DNA of 64,000 bases from Felis catus (lineage: Eukaryota), in NCBI RefSeq assembly GCF_018350175.1, contig NC_058368.1, forward strand, positions 72,604,001-72,668,000, written 5' to 3'. Positions 1 through 11,335 of the stretch are shown in pieces. The notes under the pieces were generated by a model. It was not told where the DNA came from. It did no database searches and worked only from the letters and a program-made list of their open reading frames with translations. Position 1 is the first letter of the stretch. Every line of letters begins with the position of its first letter. The translations under genes and the position numbers were made by a program.

Positions 1-31
1 TATTGTACAGAGGGAAAGAAAGCAAATTCTT

Positions 32-259
32 TTTTTTTTTTTAATTTTTTTTTTCAACGTTTATTTATTTTGGGGACAGAGAGAGACAGAGCATGAACGG
101 GGGAGGGGCAGAGAGAGAGAGGGAGACACAGAATTGGAAACAGGCTCCAGGCTCTGAGCCATCAGCCCAGAGCCTGACGCGGGGCTCGAACTCACGGACC
201 GCGAGATCATGACCTGGCTGAAGTCGGACGCTTAACCGACTGCGCCACCCAGGCGCCCC
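32..259 (-). mobile_element. Young feline CanSINE (SINEC_Fc-like)
   Basis: Reverse complement of the young SINE head, (CT)n and poly-A tail; 16-bp TSD AAGAAAGCAAATTCTT at 16-31 and 260-275. Confidence 0.97.
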
Positions 260-1818
260 AAGAAAGCAAATTCTTAAGAGAGTGTAAAAAAAAAAAAAGA
301 AACAAGAAAACATACGGGTACTCAAAATGAATCCCTTCTCCCCTTCGCCCAACCTGTATACAACATTTCTCCCCATTGATCAGTTAAAGAAACATTGAAC
401 AAAACAGAAATTGGTTTGGCTGCCATCTGTTGCCAACCATCCCCCCAGAAAAACACAGTCCATGGCTGTCATAAATTCCCGAGGAAAGGGCTGGAATCGG
501 ATGAGGGTGTCATAGTGGATGATGTTGTGAGTAAAAACTGAGCTCTCAGATCAAATGTGTTCTGGTGTTTTATCACACATCAGCTTCCCAACGGTATACT
601 TCTCCAACATATGTAGGGTCATATGCTAACTGTACTGAACTTTGCTAAAAGAGAAATGTAAAAACGACAGTGCATTATGTGAAGGGAATCACACTGAATA
701 TATGTAAGCAAATCCAGAAAAAGTGCTGCTACCAGTTTTAAAATCTTTTCTGGACGATCTAAGTGAATGATGTCAACAGATAACATATGCACACAGTGAT
801 ATGCAAGCTTCTTGGTCTGACAAATACAGGCTTCATCAAAGCAGAGATTCGTGGCGTCTCAATGTCAGATTATCAGCATTGCCTCATCCTCCATTTTAAG
901 GATTTTACAGATTCAGTTAGTGATTGGTACTTTTGTTACAGCAGAAATATCAAGTGAAGTCGAAGTTGTAGATAAACCAATCATGACAACGTCAGGGAAT
1001 ATTTTAGAACATTTTAGAAATAGGGTCATTTCATTCAAAAGGTAAATGACAGAATATATTACATAGTCTCCATCATAGGACTACTTAAAGTTTGGTTCAG
1101 GGACCTGTGCCCGGCTACAAATTATTTATTCCCTGCCTGCAATGAAACAAGTACAGAAATTGAGCAAAAGCATTTATAAACTTCTGTAGCAATTTAAGAG
1201 TATTTGTTGAATGTAAAATTAAAAATGCTGCCCTTTTATTTGTATTTTTAAAAATAATTTTTTAGTGATTTAAAGTTCTTATATTTTATGGAAATACCTC
1301 TCTGCAAAAGATTAAAAATTAAAAAGATAAATACTGCTGTCTACCACAGATGTCTAGGGAACACTGCTCTATTATAGACTGGGTCAAATGTGAGTGTAAA
1401 TAATTAAAGGAGAACCAAAAACCATCTTAGTAATAATTAACACGTTTTCATTTATCAGTATAAGTTGGTCACAAAGCTAAATGCTTTACATGTATGATCT
1501 CATTTTATTCCTTTTAGCAAACAATGGCATTAAAGTTAAGCATCTGGGTAAGAGTTTGTGCAGAGCAGGGTTTGATCCTCAGCTGTCTGACTCTATGGCC
1601 TGGGCTCTAAATCACTAGTTGTATCATTGGTCAACCCAGTGTAGTTCTAAAAGGGAATCTAAGAGAGGAATGTGACTTGATAACAACTAGGGCGACCACA
1701 AACCCAAGTTAAGAAAGTTCCAGAACAAATGTTCTCCTTCAATTGAATGACCCTCAGGAAAGGACTGGAAAAGATTATTAAGTAAATTTGGATAAAGTAT
1801 TTAAAAATTATCGGCCTT

Positions 1819-2077
1819 GGGGTACCTGGGTGGCTCAGTCAGTTAAGCATCAGACTCTTGATTTCGGCTCAGGTCATGATCTCATGGTTTGTGGGATTGA
1901 GCCCCACTTGGGTCTTTGCGCTGAGTGTGAAGCCTGCTTGGCATTCTGTCTCTTTCTCTCTCTCTCTCTCTCTTTCTCCCTCTGCCCCTCCCAAGATTGT
2001 GAACACATGCACTCTCTTTCTCTCTCTCAAAAATACATACATACATAAATAAATAAATTAATTAATTAATTAATTTA
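1819..2077 (+). mobile_element. Older CanSINE
   Basis: tRNA-like head GGGGTACCTGGGTGGCTCAG, (CT)n, A-rich tail; TSD AAAAATTATC(G/A)GCCTT at 1803-1818 and 2078-2093. Confidence 0.95.
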
Positions 2078-2909
2078 AAAAATTATCAGCCTTAGCACTT
2101 GTTTTATTCTTAATTTATTACTCGTCCCTAATGTCTCAGGAGTGTTGGGTTTGGAAAGGAACTTGTATCTGCCCTGGTCCTGTCAGGTGTCATATTTACC
2201 TGAGAGAGAATAAAGAAATACAGGGAGTTAGCATTTAAGAAATAAGATGACACAATTAAGGGCTTCCAAAATAACTGGAGGGGAAAACAACAACAAAAGC
2301 CTGTGTTCCCAGAGTCTGGTGCCTCTGGCCATGGTGAGGGTGTGGGTGGGGGAGGGGTACAGCAGAGACATTCCTGAATGGGACAAAGGCTGCTGCGGAA
2401 GATATTCATCTCTTTTACACCCAACAAGACAAAGGCATTACCACTGACGGTAGCAAACATTTTCAAATCATTGCACTAGAATTTTTGTTAGCCAAAACAA
2501 GCAAAATTTGCTTTGCAAAAAAAAAAATAATAATAATAATTAATTTTTAAGTTAACATAGTTAGAATAGAGGTATTCAGTACCTCGTCATGCCCTAGCAA
2601 ACCCAGTCCAGTTGCTTATTCTTTCTTTATTGTGTTCTTTCAAAAGGTACTTTTGAATGTACTTGCTAGCCCATTCTGTCTTGACTGAGTATAAAATGTC
2701 AAATACTTAGCTGTGACTGTTATTCTGCCGAATTCTATGAGTGAGTATGTCCTTGTTTTCTTCCACTTACCTCCTTGAACTGCATTTTAATACTATTTCT
2801 ATGACTGTTAATGTTTCTTTCTTTAGGCTAATTTCAACACTCACCTGCAAGCTTTTTCTTTTTCCTTTTTTCTTTTTCTACTTTCCTTTCTTTAAACCCC
2901 ATTTAAACT

Positions 2910-3207
2910 TTTTTTATTAATTTTTAAAAATGTTTATTTTTGAGGGGCGCCTGGGTGGCGCAGTCGGTTAAGCGTCCGACTTCAACCAGGTCACGATCTC
3001 GCGGTCCGTGAGTTCGAGCCCCGCGTCAGGCTCTGGGCTGATGGCTCGGAGCCTGGAGCCTGTTTCCGATTCTGTGTCTCCCTCTCTCTCTGCCCCTCCC
3101 CCGTTCATGCTCTGTCTCTCTCTGTCCCAAAAATAAATAAACGTTGAAAAAAAAATTAAAAAAAAATGTTTATTTTTGAGAGAGAGAGACAGAGTGCTAG
3201 CAGGGGA

Positions 3208-3239
<32 letters not shown>

Positions 3240-3367
3240 ATCCAAAACAGGCTCCAGGCTCTGAGCTGTCAGCAGAGAGCCCCATGCGGGGCTTGAACTC
3301 ATGAACCATGAGATCATGACCAGAGCCAAAGTCGGATGCTTAACCCACTAAGCCACCCAGGTGCCCC
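2910..3367 (-). mobile_element. Older CanSINE, tail interrupted by a younger SINE
   Basis: Head ends GTGCCCC at 3367; (GA)n about 3179-3239; T-rich tail resumes about 2910-2943; short TAAACT duplication on both flanks. Confidence 0.9.
2944..3161 (+). mobile_element. Young feline CanSINE nested in an older SINE
   Basis: CpG-intact young sequence; 18-bp TSD AAAAATGTTTATTTTTGA at 2926-2943 and 3162-3179. Confidence 0.97.
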
Positions 3368-3449
3368 TAAACTCTAAATGAGACCTTTCCATTAAACTTC
3401 TATTTGGTATTAAGTGCATGTGTTGTCGATGTTTCCTAATAATACATAC

Positions 3450-3467
3450 CTAGTCAGAACCACTTAC
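3450..3467 (-). other. Candidate recursive splice site / 18-nt poison micro-exon
   Basis: Minus strand reads TTTGCTTTTTATTTATACAG|GTAAGTGGTTCTGACTAG|GTATGT; motif evidence only. Confidence 0.35.
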
Positions 3468-4304
3468 CTGTATAAATAAAAAGCAAACCAAAGCAAACAA
3501 TCAAAAGTACCAGTTTATCCAACCTTTAAAATGCAAGCTTCCATAGAAAAATGAATGAACTATAAGCAGGTTCTACAATACTTCTAAAATGCTGTATTTA
3601 CTGAATAACATTAATTTATATTGAGCCCTAGGACTTTCAAAGATCATTCACACATATTTTGTTTGAACCAAACAAATGGAAAAGATGTTCTTATTTCTAT
3701 CCATTTGACATTTTACATATATCATACTGCTACTTAGCAAATATTTGTTCGTAATAACAATGTTAAAAGTATGGAGTAATTTGAAGGGGCTTAATTTTTT
3801 CCCAGAGTATCCAATAAATTACCTTGCTGGACTAAGAAATCAGGGTCTGATAAGAATCACCAACAGTGAATGTGTGAAATACAGAGGAAGCCCACATCAC
3901 ACTAAGATGAAAACCTGAGGATTATCTTCTCTTGATTTTGCTTTATTAGCTAGTAAGACATTGGGCATGATTTCCCAGATTCTGAAACAACTTGTTTGAT
4001 GATTCCAAAGGTTAACACACAAGGACAAACAGAGTCCAGACAAGTATGAAGAGAGACAATACCTTCCAGGGAAGCAGAACAACCAAGGAGAGAAAAATGT
4101 CAACCTATGGCTAACTCTTAACTAGGTGAAGCCAAGGCCACTGAAGCTGGCCTCCTATGGATTCGATTCTGTCTAAATTTGCACTGAATTATTTTCATAT
4201 AATACCATGAAATTTTTTTAGGCATTAATGAGTTGCATTATCTTACTTTCCAGGTTGTTGGTTGAGAATATGACACTATGAAATGGAAAGAATTATATAT
4301 GGTA

Positions 4305-4316
4305 AGAAAGGAAGAG

Positions 4317-4347
<31 letters not shown>

Positions 4348-4370
4348 AGAAAGAAAGAAAGAAAGAAGGA
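4305..4370 (+). repeat. (GAAA)n purine-rich microsatellite
   Basis: Imperfect GAAA run read directly. Confidence 0.9.
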
Positions 4371-4497
4371 AGTCTACCATGACAAATACTAAGTTTCCTG
4401 TTTCAGATATGATATAATACATTTGAAAATCTGAGTACTTTGACCACATGGAAACAAATTTGCAAAGTTCTATACTTAATGATATGTAAAAGTCATG

Positions 4498-5290
4498 CAT
4501 TCATTGATCCATAAAAAAAAATCAGTGAGTTTCTAGTACCTGCCAATCACCTTTCTAGCTCTTGAGACATTACAATGAGCAAATATTGATACAGGCTGTC
4601 CTCTTTTGGAGTATACAGTCTAGTGGACAACAGATATTTACACTAATGATTATATCATCATAAAATAAGTTCTTACAAGAAAAGGAATTATTTGTCTGAG
4701 AACATACAACAAACAAATCTGATCTAGCCTGGGTTGGTAAGGAAGAACATTAAACTCTGAGCTGAAATCTGAAACATCATCAGGAGTTAACTAGGTTTAG
4801 AGCGAGGTGAAGAATATTCCTGGGAAGGGCAATATCATGTGCACAGCCCTGGGGCAGGAGCAGAGACAGATCATTTGAGGGATAAAATGAAAACAGTGAA
4901 GGAGGCAGCAGGGAAAGTTATGATGTGGAGGCTAGACATGAGCCGAAGCAGGTGGTCATGTTCAAGGTTTTAGTCTTTCCCCCAAACAAGGGGAAGATTC
5001 TCCACCAAACAAGTTTAATACAAGAGCATGCCGCAGTCGGTTAGGCATTTGAAAAGACCACTCTGGCTGAAGTGTGAAGACTGGGAAAGAAGTGAGTCGC
5101 TTTGGATACAAGAATGCTGATTTGTCTACTGCAGTGCCAGAACAGACTATTGGCAGTGGCTGGACAGAAAAGGTCAGGCTTGAGAAGTTTTTAGGAGGTC
5201 AAATAGCCCGTACTCTGTGATCCTACGTGGTAATGAAGGGTGAGGGAGTGTCAAACACAATGTGCATGCTTCTTGCTTGTGGAAATGGCT
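4498..5290 (-). mobile_element. Degraded L2 LINE fragment
   Basis: Starts with CATTCATT-like antisense L2 3' end; L2-like motifs TGAGCTGAAATCTGAA, GAAAAGACCACTCTGGCTG. Confidence 0.7.
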
Positions 5291-5478
5291 GACATTTGGC
5301 GTGTGTTCCTTGCTGTTTCCGAAAGGTCAGACATCCCAGTTTTGTATTCTTGAGCAAAATTAAGTTTACGTGTGTAACAGAAGTTTACATAGTACTTTCT
5401 GTCCTTTTATAGACTATTAATTCTAATATCTATAGAGTATATCTCCACAATGTTGTGTTTTTTCATTTTTTTCTTAAG

Positions 5479-5479
<1 letters not shown>

Positions 5480-5516
<37 letters not shown>
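5480..5516 (+). repeat. (TG)n microsatellite
   Basis: Perfect TG run. Confidence 0.98.
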
Positions 5517-5520
<4 letters not shown>

Positions 5521-7291
5521 TTTCAATTCCCAATTACTTGATAAAACTGAATGCATTCCTAAAACAAAGACAAATCGCAGTTGAGGAACTATTAATAGTT
5601 GCAGAGCAAATGGAATTGGAAGAGAAAGGACTGGAATTTAGTGGGGGAAGGTTCCTTTAATTTCTTATAGTTGTACTTCTTTTAAAAGAAGTCTCAGTCA
5701 ACAAGCAAAATGACTCCCAAATCACCACTAAAACATAAAAGCATGACGGCCATTATAGACTCCTGGGTTGAGGGCAGAAACGTTTGCGAAAGGTTTGCCT
5801 CATAAGTTTACTACGGCAGGAAACTATTCTATTCCCAGTCTGTGAATTAGTTAAATACATAAGAATGACCCCAAAATTGCCAAAGGAAGTTACATTTGTG
5901 ACTTTTTCAGAATACTACAAAACACAATTATTCTTACTAATGTCAGGGCAAGAGGTTAGCAGTAGGCTCCAAGATACTTGTTTCTTTAATAGTTGTTATT
6001 TATCATTACTCATGAACTCACCTAACTCTTTTAAAAATGATTTTCATTTTTATGTGGTAATACAGTAAAACAACAACACAAATTCCATCAGTACATCCCT
6101 CTGCCTCCATTAATCTATACACTGGAGCCTACACTTGCCACGTTTATCTTTCCAGATTGAACTGCGTAAGCTTTTAGGTCTCGTTTCATAGATCAGTTCT
6201 TCCATTCACTCTTTCAGTCCAATTTGCTGTCACAACTAAAAAGGCCGAGCAAACAGTAGGCCCTCTGAGGAGGCAAATTGAAAATAAATTAACAAGTATC
6301 ACCACACCTTGTTACAAAGCTCTCATAAGCCTGCCCCTGAGGGACAGTGGGCTCTCAGAGTCACTACACTTTTAAGGACAATATAAACATGCAGAGAAAG
6401 ACAACTCAATCAGTTGAGAGGTCGAGAAGTGGTTCGAAACAGATCAATAAATTTGAATGAGACGCATTGAAGTCATCAGGAGAGAAAAGTACAGATGACA
6501 GTCCAGTGATTATTGTGTATCTCCCCATCCCCAAGCACAGTGCAGGGGTTAAGTTTGAATATTTGGAAACTAAATAGATCTTTGTACTTACTCTGGCCTC
6601 TTAATTAAGAATGATCTTGGAGAAGTCACTGAACCTGCAAAACAAAATACCTCTCTAGAGGCCAATGTTTCAGTGCAGGTGGCCGGAGACACCGAGGCGA
6701 ACCACATATGTGCGCCTCCCCTGCCTCATGGTAGCCATGCGTCAAAGAAGTTTGGCTTCTTGTCGCCAAGCATTCTAACAGAGTTCTGTCCAGAGGGTGT
6801 CCTTTCTTGCTGCCCTCTAATTATCAGCGTTTTTAATGCTTTGGAGCCACATAGAGTACACCTTTAATAAAGATTAAAATTAAGTTGCCTTAAAAAAAAT
6901 CTGACATTGCCCATGATTTTCACTTTATAAATGGAGAAACTGACAATCCCAAATGCCACTAATAATGATAAAGGGGAAGATGATAGCTCTTGCACCTGGT
7001 GAAAAATCAGTAACTAGTTCTCCTCATTGAACTATAAAGTAGACTTAAGATATGCAGTGGGATGCACTTGCCCAGACAAATGGACGTGAAGGTAAAGTAC
7101 ATAGACAGGAAGATGGATACACCACATCAGCACTGTTGGAAGAAAACCTGGAAAAATGAATGTCTAAGTATATACATATAAACCTATACAAATACCACAG
7201 AAACATCACTACTTACAGAAATCATAAAAATGCCTGGAAGCAGAAGTGGTTGAAATTATTTCTGAGTTTTGTCCATAAAGAATGCAGAGGA

Positions 7292-7540
7292 GGGGTGCCT
7301 GGGTGGCTCAGTCAGTTAAAAGTCCAACTCTTGGTTTCCGCTCAGGTCGTGATCTCACGGTGTGTGAGTTTGAGCCCCACAGCGGGCTCTGTGCTGACAG
7401 CGCAGAGCCTGCTTGGGATTCTCTCTCTCTCCCTCTCTCTTTGCCCCTCCCCCTCTGTTTGCCCCTCCCCCTCTCTCTCACTCACTCTCTCTGTCTCTCT
7501 CTCAAAAATAAATAAATAAAACTTAAAAAATTTTTTTTAA
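7292..7540 (+). mobile_element. CanSINE
   Basis: TSD AAAGAATGCAGAGGA at 7277-7291 and 7541-7555. Confidence 0.96.
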
Positions 7541-7592
7541 AAAGAATGCAGAGGAGACATTTCAGTAAATATTTGGAAAAGCTGTCATTTCT

Positions 7593-7813
7593 GGGGCGCC
7601 TGGGTGGCTCAGTCGGTTGGGCAGCCGACTTCGGCTCAGGTCATGGTCTCGCGGTCCCTGAGTTGGAGCCCCGAGTCGGGCTCTGTGCTGACAGCTCAGA
7701 GCCTGGAGCCTGCTTCTGTTTCTGTGTCTCCCTCTCTCTCTGCCCCTCCCCCATTCACGCTCTGTCTCTCTCTGCCTTTCAAAAATGAATAAATGTTAAA
7801 AAATAAAAAAAAA
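7593..7813 (+). mobile_element. CanSINE
   Basis: TSD GAAAAGCTGTCATTTCT at 7576-7592 and 7814-7830; independent insertion close to the previous SINE. Confidence 0.96.
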
Positions 7814-9554
7814 GAAAAGCTGTCATTTCTACGTTTTCTCACAATGATGAATGAGGCAAAAACTAAACGAGATAATCACCCACACTATCCATCCACCCTG
7901 CTTACCCTCACATAGTCTCTTCCAGTAGCTTTCTGTATGCCTGCCAGCCCCTTAAACTTCACCTTAAAAAGGAAGAGTCCAAACAGTTGGCTGAAAATAA
8001 ATAAATGAAGCCCTAAACTTTCAAGGAGTTCAGAAAAAGTTGGGGCAATCTCATCGTCAAGTGGGGAGAGAATTGAAGACCCTCTCTGATTGGTTGCTCT
8101 CCGTGTGTGCAGGAAACGTCAGATCTTAGCAGGGGACAACAGACAGGGGTATGTGTTAGTCATACAGTTCAGCCACAGTTCACCATTGGAAGGAATGTTT
8201 GAGGCGACCATCATGAAGTGATTCAATGACATGTTCCTTTTCCAATTCTAATTTGCAAAAGAGAGTTTAACTCCCTATCATCCGTAAGCTGGCACAGTTG
8301 CAAGACTGCACACTTATGCATAACCCCACAAAGCTGTCAGGAGGGTTTTCTATTGTTTGAAAATGGAAGTTGTTTAATTAATGGAAAAATACCTGATCTT
8401 AGACATAGCAGTAAATGTTCACAGGTTAAAAAATGCATTAACTGGAGAGAATTGTAAAAGTTATTGGAATAGTTCACACCCATTCTGTATGAAAACACAT
8501 GCAATTGTACATGGATACTATTTTAGTATGAAAGGACAGCAGGCTTATTTTTCTGGAATAAAGGTTTCAATTCAGGCTGTGATCTGTTCCCTGAAGAATA
8601 TAATAATGATAAAACCACCCATCCTTCAAAGAAAGACTACCTTCTTTCCAAAGGCAATCTCTCCTTGTGAACTTAGATGAAAGTTAAGAATTAATTGAGA
8701 CTAACTCATGCCACAGAAAAACTTTCTTCGTATTTTAGTAGTTATGCATTTCATACGACAGTGTTTTTCTGGTTTATGGAGGTGGATAAAAGTGAAAACC
8801 ATTTGTATCTAAAAGCCCTGGCTAATTACTGTGGTCTTCTTTTACATGAGGTTAATTGATTTTCTTGTTGGTAAAACAGCTATCCAGTGTTCTAGAAACA
8901 TTCTTTACAATAATCTGAAAAAAGAGGAAAAGAGTACAACCGACGTGCTTTAATTCAGTTGGCACTATCCCATGCCAAGCTTTTTTTTCCTGTTAAAATT
9001 ATTAAAAATCAAGGCAGAAAAAAATCACGTTAGTAAATCAAGCATCCAGAATACATAAATATCATTTGAATTCACGGTGTTGAAAGTTTTGAGTTAATTT
9101 TACATGCTACAAAGAGATATTTATTAAGATGGTTTTTAAAATCACATTGAACTCTGGTGTCTAATTGAGAGATTTTTTTAGCAGAGTTACTAGTATAACA
9201 TTTGCAAATATATTACTTCCTAAATCTAAACTGTGGAAGGGAACCTAAATCTGGTGTTCAATATTAACCTCTTAGGGTTGGATCTGAACTGCACTCCTTG
9301 ATCATGGCCTGAACATTCTGATTGTGCCTTTCCTTGTTCTTTGGTATCTAGAGAAAATACTGGTCTCATTTTTAAATTGCTACATGGAACTTAACAAAAT
9401 CCTCCGGCCTCTTTTGTTCTATTTTGTTTCTAAAAAACAAAGACATGGTTGTCTTTTCTCATATGTTCATTTATGTTTTTGTTTTTGTTTTTTTTCTGAG
9501 GGTGGGGAAGAGAGGGTATTTGAGAAGCAGAATTAAAACAGATAAGAATTTTAT

Positions 9555-9774
9555 GGGGCGCCTTGGTGGCTCAGTCGGTTAAGCGTCCGACTTCAGCCAG
9601 GTCACGATCTCGCGGTCCGTGAGTTCAAGCCCTGCGTCGGGCTCTGGGCTGATGGCTCAGAGCCTGGAGCCTGTTTCCGATTCTGTGGCTCCCTCTCTCT
9701 CTCTGCCCCTCGCCCGTTCATGCTCTGTCTCTCTCTGTCCCAAAAATAAATAAAAAACGTTGAAAAAAAATTTT
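9555..9774 (+). mobile_element. Young feline CanSINE
   Basis: TSD AAAACAGATAAGAATTTTA at 9535-9553 and 9775-9793. Confidence 0.96.
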
Positions 9775-10269
9775 AAAACAGATAAGAATTTTAAAATTGA
9801 GGCATGCATTTATGAGTAAAGAATTTGCCCTGCGATCCAAACCGAATGTAAGCAATGGCTCAGTTCTAAATGTTCCCAGCAAACTACTGGGTTGTTTAGA
9901 AATGGGCAGCTATTCAGGTCTGAGTCAGCCTGAAGTGGTGCCTTGGGCCTCTCTCTCACTTTGAATAAACAGCAGCACAAATCTAATGCTGAGGAAGCTG
10001 CTGAGGACACCTTGCGTTTATCTGCGCCCTGCCTTAGATAAAGGTCACCCTCTAGTGGGGTTGACACGTATTTCAATCTCAATCCTCACTCTTGGAAATG
10101 TCACTTGCCATGAATTTGAGTCACAAAATGAGGCATTTTGAAAATCGAATGCAAGTCCAGAATCAGGGATTTTTATCTGGGTGAAATAGATAAAGAGGTA
10201 GAGATTATGGTATTTAGCCCTAAGAAACCCTGGGATTAAGAAATTGAAAGACCCACTAAGCCTTGTCAA

Positions 10270-10620
10270 TGCCATGTTGAAGTCATCTATGAAGAAGTCT
10301 TGAAATGGCTTTAAATGACAGTAGAAAAATGGACAGGCTGGTCCTCATTTTAAAAATGGGAAATAAAAAAACCTCGTTTTTCTTGTCAAGTGCTACAGCT
10401 TTACAACATCCGGATCCCTTCATAACCTTTACATGTGACTTCTAACGTGACTGCTTATATAGGCCACCTATGGATTCACTGGAAATCAAGCGATTAGAAC
10501 CTTGGAGCAACATCAAAAAATTAAATATAGACTCTTGGATACTTTTCCTGTGTATCAAATCCTTTCTTTAGGCAAAGTGATTTTTTGCACATTAGCTTAG
10601 TTTTACAACAATAGAAAATA
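10270..10620 (+). mobile_element. Possible ancient L3/CR1 fragment
   Basis: Motifs such as TGGATTCACTGGAAATCAAG resemble recalled CR1 RT region; very diverged. Confidence 0.35.
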
Positions 10621-10699
10621 ATGTAGGATATTATTATTAAAGGATAACAATGACATATAAATTATTATTTTTATAGCATGGATAAGGAAGCTTAGAGGA

Positions 10700-10822
10700 G
10701 CCACTCTCAAACTTTGGTGTGCGTCAGAATCACTTAGAAAGCTAGCTGAAACAGAAGTCTGGGGAGAATTTACATCACATCAGGGGATGCTGCTGATGCT
10801 TGCCTGGGGACCATACTTTGCA
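10700..10822. mobile_element. MER5A-like hAT DNA transposon fragment
   Basis: CTCAAACTTTGGTGTGCGTCAGAATCAC ... TGCTGATGCTTGCCTGGGGACCATACTTTG. Confidence 0.7.
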
Positions 10823-11197
10823 CATCTAAAGTCGTGACAGCTAAATAACATAATAAACTCTTAAGAGCCAAGTTGGCATGCACGTGTGACTTTTGGCATA
10901 GAAATTTCTTCTGCACAGATGTATGATGAGTGCATAGTGAGAACTTAATATACTTTATATTTTAAGTTTTTCTGCCCTTGCAAAGCAGAAAGACATAGTT
11001 GCTATAAGGAGATAGTAATTACAAAGACAGTAACTAATCACAGGGACTTGACACCCAGGAATCCAAAGCTAAAACTTTCCCCCATTTCTGGAACTAGTTA
11101 CAAAACTTTCTAGTTCTCTATGTGATTGACAAGTCAGAGGAGTTAGTGAAAGGATGTAACACCTTACCAACACATAGATATTGGGCCCTGAGTAAAT

Positions 11198-11335
11198 CAA
11201 TGGTTCTCAAAATTCAGTATTTAGACCCCACAGATTTTTATTCTACAGTTCTAGGTTGGGATAAGGTATTTGCTTTAATAAGTATGCAGATGATTCTTAT
11301 GCAGGCAGTATCTTCTAACACGCTTTGAGAAACTC
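11198..11335. mobile_element. MER5-like fragment
   Basis: CAATGGTTCTCAAA ... CACGCTTTGAGAAAC terminal motifs. Confidence 0.6.

Noticed and set aside
2338..2357. G-quadruplex-like GGGTGTGGGTGGGGGAGGGG
   Set aside because: Such motifs are common and nothing here points to function.
2944..3030. tRNA-like A/B boxes in SINE heads
   Set aside because: CanSINEs derive from tRNA; the heads run into SINE body and tail with TSDs, so they are not tRNA genes.
6691..6703. CCGAGGCGAAC shared with the LTR near 20584
   Set aside because: An 11-bp match with no extension is within chance for 64 kb.
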